Shown here: piece after piece, positions 24,712 to 37,645 of the stretch
How the letters are laid out: every line of letters starts with the position of its first letter
Position numbering within the stretch: the first letter of the stretch is position 1
Assembly: GCA_043228905.1 (NCBI GenBank)
Contig: JBHGNT010000003.1
Coordinates: 13,392,001 to 13,456,000, forward strand
Direction: 5' to 3'
DNA from: Azolla caroliniana
Lineage: Eukaryota > Plantae > Polypodiophyta
Length of the DNA: 64,000 nucleotides
Position numbers and translations under genes: made by a program
The notes under the pieces: generated by a model
Told to the model about the DNA's origin: nothing
Seen by the model: only the letters and a program-made list of their open reading frames with translations
The model's database searches: none

Positions 24712-26228
24712 ATCTTTACTACCGGGGAAAATATCTCATCGAAGTCCATGCCCTTCTTCCGCTGGAACCCCTTCACCACGATCCTGGCTTTGTATCTCGG
24801 GGGGTTGCCGGCATCTCCCGGTTTGAACTTGTACACCCACTTATTTCGGAGTGCTTGCTTTCCTTTCGGCAACTCCACCAATTCATACGTATGGTTCTCA
24901 TGCAGGGAATCCATCTCATCCTGCATGGCACTTAACCATTTGCGGCTGTGGGTGTCATCCTTCGCCTCTACGAAGCTTTCTGGCTCCCCCTCATTGGTTA
25001 GCAGCACATGCTCTGCATCCGGAAATCTCCGGGGGGCCCTTCTCTCTCTTAGAGGATATCTCCGTCTTTGGGCTTCGGTAACCGGCTCCTCCATTTGCTC
25101 TTCATCCGAATCCCATTCGGGGTCTTGGCCGGTTATGGTTTCGGCTTCCTCTACTTCTTCTTCTGCCGGTTCGATATCCTCACCATAACCGGCTGTTTCC
25201 TCCAGTGCTAACCGGTCTCTTGCCAGTTGGGTTTGTTCATCATAGAATCGATCCTTACTGGTCGACTCAGAGTTCATTATCTTCTTCTCCGACTCCCAGT
25301 CGGCGAGCATCTTGTCCTCCATGAAGATAATATCTCGACTCCGGAATACCTTCTTGTCGACCAGGTCCCACACTCGGTAGCTGAACTCATCGTCGTCGTA
25401 ATCGAGGAATATGCATGGCCGGGTCTTTGGATCTAACTTTCCTCTCCGGTCCTTAGCTACATGCACGTACGCGAGACACCCGAATACCTTCAGATGCCAG
25501 TAGGACACTTCCTTACCGGTCCAGACTCTCTGTGGCGTGTCTCCGTCCAAGGGTACTGAGGGTGATCTGTTTATCACATATGTCGCCGTCGACAGTGCCT
25601 CAACCCAAAACTTCTTGGGTAGTTTTGCATGCGCCAACATACTCCAGACCCTCTCCATTATGGTCCGACGCGCCTCCTCATCTAGCAAGCTCGACTTCAC
25701 TCTTGCTAGGGATAACCGTTTCCTTTCCGGCCCGGCGTTACCGAAAGTGACAACCAACGTCTCCCAGCTATCAAGGAGGGAACCGAGCAGGAGTAGCGCT
25801 AGTACCTCATCGGCGAGAGGTACTTCCAATGATGTTGCCTGGTGTATCAGCCCTTGGAAGGCATTCATGTGCTCCGCCATGCTGGAGCCATCTTGGTACC
25901 GGAGTCTTACTAGCTTCCGAAATACCGAAACCTGGTTAACAACATTTTTGTTTTGAAACATAATGTCGATATTCTCCCAGAGCTCATGAGCCTTGCTCTC
26001 TTCATTGAAGTTGTTGTATAGGCTCATGTCGATAAAGCACCGTATGTAAGCCGTTGTCTTCATGTGCATCACCTCCCATATCGTGGCGTCGATTTTGTCC
26101 GGTCTCTTGTCCCCAAACTGAACCGGCAACCAAAGATCTTTAACCACAAGCATGTCCCTCATCTTCGACTTCCACACCGAATAGTTGGAGCCGGTGAGCT
26201 TGAACATGCCTCCCAACGAGTCGTCCAT
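24712..26228 (-). pseudogene. gag-pol: Element G gag fused in frame to integrase C-terminus (internal deletion)
   Basis: ..VKSSLLDEEARR|TIMERVWSMLAHAKLPK..: knuckle, protease and integrase core are missing compared with H. Confidence 0.9.
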
Positions 26229-27143
26229 TTTCTATGTTGTTTCGCTCAGATACCACTTTGACAGGAACTACACGCTCCCTTTGAACAACGCTCGGCCACA
26301 ACTGAGCCTAGAATAAAACACAGAAAACAAGGAATGAAACACAACACGATAGAGAGAAGAGTACACAGGATGTTTACATGGAAATCCCAAACTCGGGAAA
26401 AACCACGACAACCCACAGACCGCAAACTATCACTATATCAGAATGTACAATAAGAAAGCACAAAGGCCACGACCTCAAGCTTGCTATCTTCACCACAGGC
26501 GGCGGTTACAATAAGAGGCAACAACCTCTTCCTCTCTCTCACTCTCTCTGTACACAGTTGCGTGCTCTAATCTTGTGCCAACAAGAATGACAACTACTCT
26601 ATTCATAAGTTTGCCCTAAGTCATATTTATACTAATATGACTTTTCGGCTATTTACAAATATAGCCACGATGGACTCTCAGAAACATATTTACAAATATG
26701 TCTCTTCATCCGGTTCTCACCGGGTCTGCAGCATCTGGCTCTCCGTAGCCGGTACTCGTCATCCGGTTCTCACCGGGTCTGAACCATCCGGCTCTTCGTA
26801 GCCGGGTACTCGTCATCTGGTTCTCACCGGGTCTGGACCATCCGGCTCTCTGTAGCCGGGTACTCGTCATCCGGTTTCGGTCGAGGCCAGTTTGCTCATC
26901 AGTACTGTTCTTCTCACTTCCCATCCGGAGGGACCTATTTCCTAACACCCCTTGTTTCCTGTGCATAAGAGTCTGTGTCACGTGCATGCTCTCTCTCTCT
27001 TCTCTGTCTCTGTCTCTCTCTCTCATGTTCGGTTGCCTCCGGGACGTGTCCGGAGTCGGCTTCTCGGCATCCCTTCCTCGCTTGTCTGAGACCCTCGTGG
27101 TCCCGCCCCTTCCACACGTACGCGCGTAATAACGTGACAACGT

Positions 27144-27999
27144 ATTTTAGCATCTTCTTCTTCCCATTCTCTTTGCACGTGAACCATCTCCTCTGTTCCT
27201 TACGCGGGGAAAGGACGATCGAGTCTCCACTACTTGCCGACTCTTCATTTGATTGGTCATTCCGACTCAGTAGCTCATTCGGCCCACTTTGCCGGATTGA
27301 GATCAAACTCTCATCTAGAGTACCGAATCCTTCTTCATCTTCTGTCGAGATCTTTTCGGGCTCACTAGCCCCATCCTCCAAAATTGGGCCGTAGTCAGAC
27401 ATTGGAGCCGGTAGAGAGTACCATGATGCCGACTTATCAAATTCTACATTTCAGCTCACTCAAACTTGTTTTGTTTGGGGGTTATAACACTTATAACCCT
27501 TTTGCTCATGTGAGTAGCCGACAAGGATGCACTTCTCTGACTTTGGGTCCAACTTTCTCCGCTTCTCATTTGGCACATGCACATATGCAATGCTACTAAA
27601 TATCTTAAGGTGTCTTAAATTTGGCTTCTGCCTGAAATATAGCTCATGTGTTGACACCTTATCCCCTATTCAATTTTGGATGTAGATGACCGTCCAGACC
27701 GCTTCGGCCCAGTAGAACTTGGGCATGCTCTTCTCTTCAAGAATCACCCTTGCCGCTTCCACAATTGAACGGTTATTCCTTTCGGCCACACAATTTTGTT
27801 CCGGTGCGTATCTAAAGTTGAATTCTCTTTGAATTCCTTTGTGCTGTAGATAACTGTTGAATTGGCCGGAAAAGTATTCTTTTCCACCATTTGACCGCAG
27901 GCACTTGATCTTCCTCTCCATTTCCTGTTCTACAAGACTTTGCAAGTTTTGGAAACAATCAAAAACTTCGCTTTTTCTTTCGATTAGGTAGATCCACGT
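27144..27999 (-). pseudogene. pol: Element A integrase core/C-terminus
   Basis: IKCLRSNGGKEY, PEQNCVAER, KLDPKSEKCILVGY; joins FIDDYSLHT|WIYLI across element I. Confidence 0.9.
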
Positions 28000-28671
28000 T
28001 GTCATGAAGAAAACCGTCCACAAGCGGAATCGGTGTACGGAATGAAACCAACTCTTCATGCACGCGCGCCTTAAGTTGTACATAGGAGATCCTAGGTAGA
28101 TTCGGTAGGTAGGGAGTGAAGGGGGGGAAACGGCTCCTTCCTTGCCTATAAAAGGGAGGGGGATGAGGAGAGTAGGGGATGGCGGAGAGTCGAGGACGAA
28201 GAGCTGTCGGATTGGGCGCGAGGGCTTCTCTCTCTCTCTGGTTCGCAGACTCCATAGCTACCTTCTGTGCAGGTTTCGGGAGGCTCGCGTTGCTCTGAGG
28301 AATGCCCGAGTGCTTCCGGCAGCACCTCCAACTTGTTCCTGTCTTTCTGTGCGTTTACGAACAGGTATCGGCATCTGTCCGCCGGCCTGTTCGGTTGTAA
28401 CCGACTTCGTGTTTTGTTGTCTTCGTGTTCTTGTCGTTTGTCTTGTCAATACATACATACTTTCGTGTCTTTCTGTGTCGCTGTCCCACTCGCATCTTTG
28501 CTTCGAAGGTCCGTGTCCCTGTGAATCTACGCTCGCACGTAGCGGGTCTCTCTCTCTCTCTTACTCTTCGGTACAGGACCCCCGAGGTCCCGCCTCACTC
28601 CACGCATCCGCGAGGAATACCTCGACATATTTGGTGAACCCGACGTGAAAGAGGCGGCAGAAGAGCAGAAG

Positions 28672-30798
28672 ATGAGGGGGTCGGATCTTGCAGAGGCCAT
28701 GGCTTCGGCCGTGGATCGGATATTGAGCACACGCGAGGGCACCGGTGCTCTCGACAGAGCCATTGAGGCAGTCGTCGGTACGATCGGCCGTTTCAGCGGG
28801 AAGGATGCTACGAAGTATTTGGCGTCCTACGGGGCGGAAATGCTGATGCGGGACATTCCGGAAGAGAGGCGTCTTGCCGGGTTCCCTCGAGTGGCGATGC
28901 CGAGCATCCATGCTGAGGTGCTCGAGGTACGGGCGGAGAGCCGTACCTGGGAGGAGTTCGAAGGCCGACTCCTAGAGAAATATGGGCTGGACGACGCGCT
29001 CCGGCTTTCGAAGCGGGACTTCATGGAATGGGTGGAGTTCCTCGGCAAGGGAAGAAACGCGTCGGCACTCCTCCGGGAGTTCGAAGAATGCTTTGCGCGC
29101 CTTTCGGCGCTTGACCGAACCATTCTGGATACGAGCCGGGTCCTATTGTTCGTCAAGTCGGTGGACGAGCGGGACCGGGATCAAGTCGGCTCCTTGCTGG
29201 AAACTGAAGACGGGCTGACAACCGATTGGGCTGCGGTTAAGAGAGTCTGTGGCCGTTTCGACAAACGACGAGAATGGGCTGACAACGGGGCGGCAGGTGC
29301 AGGCTCTGTTACAACAAGGAGGCTTGAACCGGCACCGCAAGTGCGAAGGGAAGAAACCCGGGAATGGCTCGAAACCGGTCCGGCTTCGACCAGCATGGTC
29401 AATGGCTCGTCCGGAGGAGCCGCGCTAGAGGAGTTGACGCGGGCGATAAAGGATCTCCAGATCGCCCAGACTCGAAGGGAAGGCGGCGAACCGGCTCGTG
29501 ATCGACGGCCGGCAGCGGGGAACAGGTGCATGTGGTGCGACGAGGTCGGCCACATTCGGAAGGACTGCGGCGATTTCGCAGAGGCGTTGAGAAACCGGGC
29601 GGTGTACCTGTGGGAAGGCCGGGTGCACGCTGGCGACACCAGGAGGGCCCTGAGCCGAAACGACGGGCGAGGAGGTATGAAGAGATTGATGGAAGAGGCA
29701 ACGGCCCGACACGTGGAGGCCATCCACTACTCGGCGTCGGCCGGTATTCGGGTCGGGGGCAGCGAGACCCAAAAGGAGAGCAAAGACGGTTTCTGGTCGG
29801 CAATGCTAGAAGGCCTCGCCGGCGCGCGACTGAGGAAAGATGAAACGGACCACGCTGAGAGATGGGTCCGGGAAATAACCGGGTGGAGCGATCCGGTCGA
29901 GGAGAAGACGGGCTTCGTAGAAGCCGCTTGCCGGAACTACGAGGCTCTGGTAGAAGAGAAACGAGTGGGGAAAGCCGGAGCGACCGGGCCCTCACAACGG
30001 TACGAGACCCGATTCGGACAACAACGGAACGATGCCGGTGGGCCCGGCCCGCAAGATAACCCCAGGAAGGGCGGGTACTGACTGGGGACAGAAATAGAAA
30101 GGACTACGGACCTACGGAAGGTCCTAGAGGAACAGATCCTCGATAGCAAAGTGGAGCTGTCATTGCAAGAGGTGCTAGGGATCGCCAAGAAGGAATTCCA
30201 CGACTCCATTGTGGACCTGGTGAAACGGAAGAGGCTGTCAACGGAGACGGATGCGGAAAGACCGGTAGAGGTGCGGACGACGCACATCGACGACTCGGCG
30301 CTGGCAGATGAGTGGGCGGAGAGCCACTATTCGAGGCCACACTGGGCCCGAGCGACCACGGAGACCCCGGTAAAGATCGGAGATGTTCGGGAACTGGTGG
30401 TGGCGTTGGTGGACCACGGTTCGGAAATAAACCTAATGTCCATGGACTTCTATAAGAAGGGGAAGTGGCCGATCAACACCAAGCACGGGTGGAAGATACG
30501 GGCGGCGACGCGCGCCACCGAGGAACTGCATGGGGCCTGCCCGAACGTGCGAGTCAAGATCGGCGACGTCGAGGTTGACCAGCACTTCTTCGTACAGGAG
30601 ACGTCTTCGCATCCGGTCATATTAGGGGAACCATACATCACGGCAGCTCGAATGGAGACCAAGGTGCTAGACAACGGTTCGGCCTACGCAAGGGTCAAAA
30701 GCCAGGACGGGCGCCATTCGGTGCAATTTTTGACGGTACGGCCGAACCACGAGAGAAACCGCGAATCCCTCGGTGGCGAGAGCCGGGAGGATTTTTAG
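28672..30798 (+). CDS. gag: Element I Gag-protease ORF (one in-frame TGA at 30079)
   Basis: CMWCDEVGHIRKDC knuckle; ALVDHGSEINL protease in the same frame. The TGA aligns with a sense codon (K) in element C. Confidence 0.88.
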
Positions 30799-30855
30799 AG
30801 AGGGCTGCCAAGGCGTGGGGCCGAGACAGCCCGGACACCCGGAAAAGACCCCACG
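30789..30855 (+). promoter_or_regulatory. -1 programmed ribosomal frameshift signal (G GAU UUU plus pseudoknot)
   Basis: Heptamer 30789-30795, 6-nt spacer, stem 1 GGGCTG/CAGCCC, stem 2 CGTGGGG/CCCCACG; pol frame open from the slip site. Confidence 0.82.
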
Positions 30856-33800
30856 ATTGTACGATAGGTAGGGGATTTTGCTTCTTCGACAGCGGAGGGT
30901 GTATGATGGTCGGCATCGTTGGCCGAGAGAAGACAAGGGTGGAAGAGCGACTTCGAGCGTGCGGAGTTCTTGGCCCGGACGAGGAAATCAGCGGAGCCGT
31001 GGAGGCGGTCTCCTTCGACGACACCTTGAGGATGCTGAGGAAGGTTGCCGGGGAAGACCTTAACGAAGACCGGACGATACCGGTATGTTCCGAAGAGATG
31101 TACGAAGTCATCGCGGACTTCAGTCGGGGGCTTGGGTCGGATCGGACGGCCCGAGTTAGCACAAAGTACAAGACTGTGGACCGGAAGGTAAGGCCAGTCG
31201 CGGCACCCTTACCGGAGGGCAGCGAGTCCCGGATCAGAGGGGTTGCGTCGGACCCCAGTTTACGAGATCCGGCCGGCATAGGACACACCTTCACCGACGG
31301 GACGCTCCGGGAGCTCAAAATCGGTGGGGGCGGGTTCCTACTGCCGGCGGAGGAAGACCGGTTTCGGAGGATGCTCGGAAGGCACGGGAAAGCCTTCGCA
31401 TTCTCACCGGAAGAGATCGGGTGCGTAGACCCGACGATCGTGGAGCCGATGGTGATATTCACGGTACCGCATGTACCGTGGAATCTCAAGCCGATTCCAG
31501 TACCGAGAGCTCACATCCCAAAGTTGATGGAGCTATTGAGGCAGAAAGTCGATATGGGTATTCTCGAACCGTCGAGCACCCCATACTCGAACCGATGGTT
31601 TACCGTACCGAAGAAAAACGGAATGTTGCGTTTCATTCAGGACCTGCAGCCGGTCAACAGAGTGACCATTCGAAACGCAGGAATCGGACCGACCATAGAC
31701 GAGTTCGCAGAGGCCTTTGCCGGAAGGTCGATTTACTCGGTCGGTGATCTGTACTCGGGGTACGACCAGTTCCAGCTAGCCGTGGAGAGCAGGGACATTA
31801 CGACAATGCGAACTCCCCTCGGTCTAGTGCGAATGTGTACCCTGCCACAAGGAGGGACCAACTCGGTGGCCCACATGGTGAATGCAATGAACAAAGTACT
31901 GAGGGATTGCATACCGGACATCACCATGCCGTTTCTAGACGACATCCCCATAAAGGGATGCCCGGTGGAGGAGAAGGATGAGACAGTCGGGCCGGACGAA
32001 TGCCGGCGATTCGTGAAGAAACACATCGACGACTGCGAGAAGGTGCTACAAAGGCTAGAGGATGCTAGGCTCACCTTCTCCGGGGAGAAATCGGCCTTCG
32101 GGCAATCGGAAATCCTGGTAGTCGGACACCTATGTGGGCCATATGGCCGGAAGCCATCTCCGGCAAAGGTAGAAGCCATCTCCGTGATGAAGACCGACTG
32201 TGGCTCGGTTACGGAGGTTCGGAGGTTCCTGGGGGCATGCGCATTCTACCACATATGGATCCCGCATTACGCCCACGTTGCGGAGCCGCTATACGGGCTG
32301 CTGAAGAAAGGGCAAAAATTCGAATGGCGAGACGAGCATACGGAGTCGGTCCGGAAGCTGAAGGAAGCTCTTGCGGCAGCACCGGCGCTCCGGAAGGCTG
32401 TTTACGGGAAGGGTACCCCGGTATACATAACGGTGGATACGAGTCCGACCGGGATTGGATGGGTCGTCAACCAAGAAGACGAGGACGGCATTCGGTTCCC
32501 GATCCGATTCGGCGCGAAGGTCCTCAGTGAGCGACAGCGAGGGTACGCCCAGGTTAAACGTGAACTCTGGGGTATCGTTTCGGCAGTAAAGGCCGACAAA
32601 GACTACCTGATCGGGGCAGAAGTGATTATCGAGACGGATTGCCTGCCAATTCTCGGCATGGTTTCCGGATGCGCGACACCGGACCTGGCAATGCTCAGGT
32701 GGATAGCGTACATCAAGTCCCTGGACCCGGAGATACGACACATTTCCGGAAAGGACAACGCCATGGCCGACATGCTTTCGAGGGCGAGGTTTGATGACGA
32801 GGGCGGCATGGTTTCGGAGGACGAAGAAGTCGGCGTGGACTTCTTCGAGTCGGCGTACGTGACGACCGATGGGACGAGCACTCCGGCACTTAACGACTTC
32901 GACGAGAGCAAGTACGACGGCGAGTGGCTCCAGATCGGTGGATTCTTGAGGACAATGGCGCTGGATGCGTCATGGACGAAGGACGAGGCCAACCGGATCC
33001 GGAAGAAAGCTTACCGATTCTTTCTCCGGGACGGATACTTATGGAAGCACCCGAAGAAGAGGGACGGCGCTCCGCTCCGGGTGGTGGCGATGAAGGAAGA
33101 ATAGGAGGAGCTGCTGACGGCCTACCACGACAGCCCTTGGGCCGGACACCGTGGAACCTGGGCCACGTTCAAGAAGATAAAAGGGAAGTACTGGTGGCCG
33201 GGACTGTACCGGGACGTGCATCGATTCGTGACAACTTGCGAGAGCTGTCAGATGCACTCCATAGTCCGACACCGGGACGAACTTCACCCTACGTACCCTC
33301 CGACCATCCACTTCAAATGGATGGTAGACCTGGTAACGATGCCGATAGGAGTAGGACAGATGCGGTATCTGGTCCTGGCTCGGGAAGATCTAACGAACCA
33401 GGTGGAAGGCCGGGCCCTTCAAAACAAAACGACTGCGGCCGTATGTCGGTTCCTGCTCGAGGACGTAATATGCCGGTACGGGTGCGTCGGGAAGATCGTG
33501 GCTGATCGCGGGGAGTTGGACGCCGGAGAGGCCGAGGAGCTGTTCGACCGGCTAGGAGTCAAGCTCTCGCTTACCACTGCGTACAATCCGGAGGCGAATG
33601 GAAAGGTGGAGCGCGGACACGGACCGATCGTCAAGGCGTTAGTTCGGGCATGCGGAGGTCGAGTCGGGAACTGGCCGCGGCTACTGCCTTACGCGTTGTG
33701 GGCTGACCGGACTACGCACAGTTCGGTAACCGGATTCATGCCGGCAGAGCTCATGTTTGGGCAGAAGCCGATCATGCCGATCGAACGTACGGTCTCCTCA

Positions 33801-34262
33801 TGGGCAACCGTGGACTGGAGAGACGAGATGAGCCGGGAGGAACTGTTGACAGCGCACATACGACAGCTCGAGCGGAGACCGGAGGACGTGGAGCAGCCTG
33901 CGGAAAAGCTTTGGGAAGCAAGGATGAGGAACAAAGCCCGGTTCGACCGAACACACCGGCTCCGACCAAAGAAGATCGAGGAAGGCGACTGGGTGCTAGT
34001 CTACGACAGCAGCCTCGACAACCAGCACCGAGCAACGCGGAAGTTCGCAAGAAGGTGGTTCGGGCCTTACGTGGTACAAAGCGCCAACGACAACGGGACA
34101 TACCATCTGGCGGAACTCAACGGTACGAAAATAACGATACCGGTAGCCGGGAAGCGGATCAAGATGTTCAAGAAGCGTCACGACGACATGCCGGATCAGG
34201 TTGACTTGGACCGCGACGACGAGCGGTCCGAAACCGAGGAAGAACCGACGGGCGGGGAATGA
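30798..34262 (+). CDS. pol: Element I RT-RNase H-integrase (-1 frame; one TAG at 33102)
   Basis: GDLYSGYDQF, PFLDDIP, TVDTSPTGIG, zinc finger H..H..CESC, VADRGE, NGKVE, FGPY. Confidence 0.92.
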
Positions 34263-34971
34263 AGGCTGGACCGGTTTCCTCCGTCCCAACTCAATTTGGC
34301 GCATGCCGGTGGATGCACGGTTAGGTGGGGGCGGATGTCGTGAAGAAAACCGTCCACAAGCGGAATCGGTGTACGGGAGCGCAGAAACCGACTCTTCATG
34401 CACGCGCGCCTTAAGTTGTACATAGGAGATCCTAGGTAGATTCGGTAGGTAGGGAGTGAAGGGGGGGAAACGGCTCCTTCCTTGCCTATAAAAGGGAGGG
34501 GGATGAGGAGAGTAGGGGATGGTGGAGAGTCGAGGACGAAGTGCTGTCGGATTGGGCGCGAGGGCTTCTCTCTCTCTCTGGTTCGCAGACTCCATAGCTA
34601 CCTTCTGTGCAGGTTTCGGGAGGCTCGCGCTGCTCTGAGGAATGCCCGAGTGCTTCCGGCTGCACCTCCAACTTGTTCCTATCTTTCTGTGCATTTACGA
34701 ACAGGTATCGGCATCTGTCCGCCGGCCTGTTCGGTTGTAACCGACTTCGTGTTTTGTTGTCTTCGTGTTCTTGTTGTTTGTCTTGTCAATACATACATAC
34801 TTTCGTGTCTTTCTGTGTCGCTGTCCCACTCGCATCTTTGCTTCGAAGGGCCGTGTCCCTGTGAATCTACGCTCGCACGTAGCGGGTCTCTCTCTCTCTC
34901 TTACTCTTCGGTACAGGACCCCCGAGGTCCCGCCTCACTCCACGCATCCGCGAGGAATACCTCGACAACGT

Positions 34972-36363
34972 GTGCAGACTGTAATCGTCGATGAAGGAGA
35001 CGAAATATCGGCACTCGCCAAGACTAACATTCCGTGTCGGTCCCCATACATCTAAATGTATTAGATCGAGCTTGTTATGGCTCCAGTTTCTTTCGGTGGG
35101 GAATGGAAGCCGGTGTTGCTTCCCGAGTTGGCAGGCTCCATAAATTTGGGCCTTCCGGGCACAGAATTTCGGCAATCCGAAAACAACTTGTTTCGATTGC
35201 AGGTCTTGAAGCCTTTAGTAATTGACGTGGCCGATCCACTTGTGCCACAGGTCGATATCTGATTCGATCTTCTGTCCTTTTGGGAACATAGCAGTGTCGA
35301 CGTCGTTGGTGTTGAGGATGAATATCCTCCTGTCCCGGTGGCCTTGCGCGATGATCCGACCTTCTTCCTCAATGAAGGACCCGAGGTGCGTAAACCACAC
35401 CTGCATCCCCTAGTCGACGATCTGCGTAACCAACACTAGGTTCTTTACGATTGTCGGAACACGAAGTATGTTTATTAGCTTTCCCTTTCGTCCGACATGG
35501 CTTAAAGGGACTTCTCCGATCTCCACTATCGGGTGAGGAGTGTCGTCTCCGGTTTTGACAACTCCCGGTTGCTCCGGTTTTCCAGAAATGAGAACCACTC
35601 TTCGTGGCTCGTCATGTGGTTAGATGCACCGGAGACAACGTACCATAATTCCTCTGATTTGGAAGTGGTCTTCTTCATTGAGTTTTCCTTGTGCTTGATC
35701 ACAAAGGTTGGCCCTTCTCCGGTCTTACCGGTTCTAGATCCTTCCGATCCTTCTGCGTAGTGCGAGCTCTCCCGGTTTCCTTGTCCGGCTTTGCTGGATC
35801 CGGATTTATCCGAATCGGCGCGCTTCTTCCAGCACTCGCTCTCTCGGTGGCCTTTCTTGCCACAATACCCTCATTTCGTTTTGGTCTTTGATTGCCGATT
35901 TCTGGCGTCACTTTGACTCCCCCTGCTTGTGGAGGGTCCAGAACAACTGTCAGCACTATCTCTATGCCTCTAGTTTTGCTCTTGCCGGACGCTAGTATTG
36001 TGTGCTGACCCACTTCGTCCTCCACGCCCACGGGGCCGATACGCCTCCATGTATAGCATCCGGTTGTCTGATTGTGTGGTCCTTGACCCACTCGCGTGGT
36101 TTTCTTCGACCATCAACATCGATTGCAGGTCGAAGAAGGACAATGGTTTCTCCCGGGTGCAAATAGTCGTTCAGATTGGCCCGTACCATTGTGCTAGACA
36201 ACCGAGGCAGATCTAGACCATCTCGTCCTCGTCCACCGTCATGTTGATGGAACCGAGCATGACGTAGATCTCCTTGATCTTGGTGGTGTAGTCGGTGATC
36301 GACATGTCTCGTTGCCGGATACTGTTAAGCTCTTGCCGGAGCTGCAACTTCCGAGCCGTGGTA
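34972..36363 (-). pseudogene. gag-pol: Element A gag/protease/pre-integrase
   Basis: TARKLQLRQELNSI, WYVVSGASNHMT, LWHKWIGH, DLIHLDVWGP. Confidence 0.88.
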
Positions 36364-36364
36364 T

Positions 36365-37230
36365 GGTTAGGAAATCGGTCTCTCCGGATGGGATTCAATG
36401 ATGAATAAAGAGGACCCAGTGTGAACCGGAAGAGATCCGAAAACCGGAGGAGACCTGGTGAGAACCAGAAGAGAAGACATATCTGTAAATATGTTTTGAG
36501 TAAGCCTATTGAGGCTATATTTGTAAATAACCCTAAGTTCACATAAGTATAAATATGACTTAGGGAAATCACTTTAAAAGGTGTTGTTATTGTCATACCG
36601 GTTGGGCAATCACATAAGGAGAACGGGTCGGACATGCTGACCAAGGTCCTGACAACCGACAAGTTGGACGCGTGCCGAAAGTGGATTGGGGTAACAAGAT
36701 ATCCCATGCCTGAGTGAAGGGGGAGATTGTTGGGAAATCGGTCTCTCCGGATGGGATCCATTGATGAATAAAGAGGACCCGGTGAGAACCAGAAAAGATC
36801 TGGAAACCGGAGGAGACCTGGAAGAGAGCCGGTGAGAACCAGAAGAGAAGACATATCTGTAAATATGTTTTGAGTAAGCCTATTGAGGCTATATTTGTAA
36901 ATAGCCTTAAGTTCACATAAGTATAAATATGACTTAGGGCAATCACTTTAAAAGGTGTTGTTATTATCATATTGTTGTACAGATAGAGAGCGACCGAGAG
37001 AGAGAGTGGGAGATATAGAGAAATACTCTGTTGTAACTGTCGGTTGGCGAAGATACAGAGCTCGAGGTCGTTGCCTCCGAGGCTCTGATTGTACCTTTCT
37101 CCTATAGTGATAATTGGAGTCCGTGGGCTCTCGTGGTTGTTTCCCTATTTGGGGTTTCCACGTAAACATCCAGTGTATTTCCTTTTGTGTACTCTCCACT
37201 TCCCATTTCTATGTTTGATTCTCATTGAAG
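36365..37230 (+). mobile_element. Element J: heavily deleted Tork-like Copia (partial 5' LTR, RNase H end, PPT, truncated 3' LTR from 36728)
   Basis: Direct repeat 36365-36595 / 36728-36970; ENGSDMLTK..HPMPE* at 36615-36717; PPT TGAAGGGGGAGAT; right end lost together with the PBS of A. Confidence 0.82.
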
Positions 37231-37242
37231 CAATTCATTACT

Positions 37243-37640
37243 CGGAAGATTTGACAAACCGGTTTATCCGGATGGCAACAGAAAACAGAGACAAGGTTTA
37301 ATGGAAACTAGGAACAGAGAATACATAGGAGAGATAGAGAGAGCAGAATGCATAAACTCAATTCAAAATAACAACACTCTGTACATACAATGTGCTCAGT
37401 GAGCACTTTTATACAATCCCATAAAGGACTGACAGAAGTACTGACACGTACTTCAATGCTCATACGAACGACTAGCACTCACTCCAAGGAATCTGCCTAT
37501 GTACTAGGCTAGATTTGTAGGCCTCCAACGCCCTACTAGTTACAATCTGATCGGGCTCCTGGTCCAGATACCATCCAGACTCCCATCCGGCTCTGGCTTG
37601 TTCAGCCAATCCGAATCCGGTTGAGCTTGTCTGCTCAACA
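37243..37640 (-). repeat. Element A 5' LTR (U5 end deleted)
   Basis: Aligns to 3339-3759; followed by TSD AATTC. Confidence 0.9.
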
Positions 37641-37645
37641 AATTC

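Larger units (their letters stand above)
17193..26947 (-). mobile_element. Element G: Tork/TAR-like Ty1/Copia, internally deleted, interrupted by H
   Basis: TSD CCCCT (17188-17192, 26948-26952); 3' LTR 17193-17931; 5' LTR 26259-26947; PBS TGGTATCTGAGC (Met-i-like) 26244-26255; PPT 17932-17944. Confidence 0.94.
7318..27139 (+). mobile_element. Element F: non-autonomous (gag-only, no pol) tRNA-Trp-primed Gypsy, Phygy-like
   Basis: 5' LTR 7318-8010; PBS 8015-8032; PPT GGTGGGGGCGGA 16717-16728; 3' LTR 16729-17192 plus 26953-27139 (split by G); 4-bp TSD GCGT/ACGT (7314-7317, 27140-27143). Confidence 0.9.
28000..34967 (+). mobile_element. Element I: near-intact autonomous-type tRNA-Trp-primed Gypsy (Phygy-like)
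   Basis: LTRs 28000-28627 and 34336-34967; 4-bp TSD ACGT (27996-27999, 34968-34971); PBS TGGTGAACCCGACGTGAA 28632-28649; PPT AGGTGGGGGCGGA 34323-34335. Confidence 0.97.
3323..37640 (-). mobile_element. Element A: Ty1/Copia LTR retrotransposon, decayed, interrupted by E, F, I and J
   Basis: TSD AATTC (3318-3322, 37641-37645); 3' LTR 3323-3759; truncated 5' LTR 37243-37640; PPT CTTGAGGGGGAG (minus) 3760-3771; gag-PR-INT-RT-RH order on the minus strand. Confidence 0.93.

Noticed and set aside
30079-30081. Programmed stop-codon read-through between gag and protease in element I
   Set aside because: The related element C has a sense codon there; a CGA>TGA mutation is simpler.
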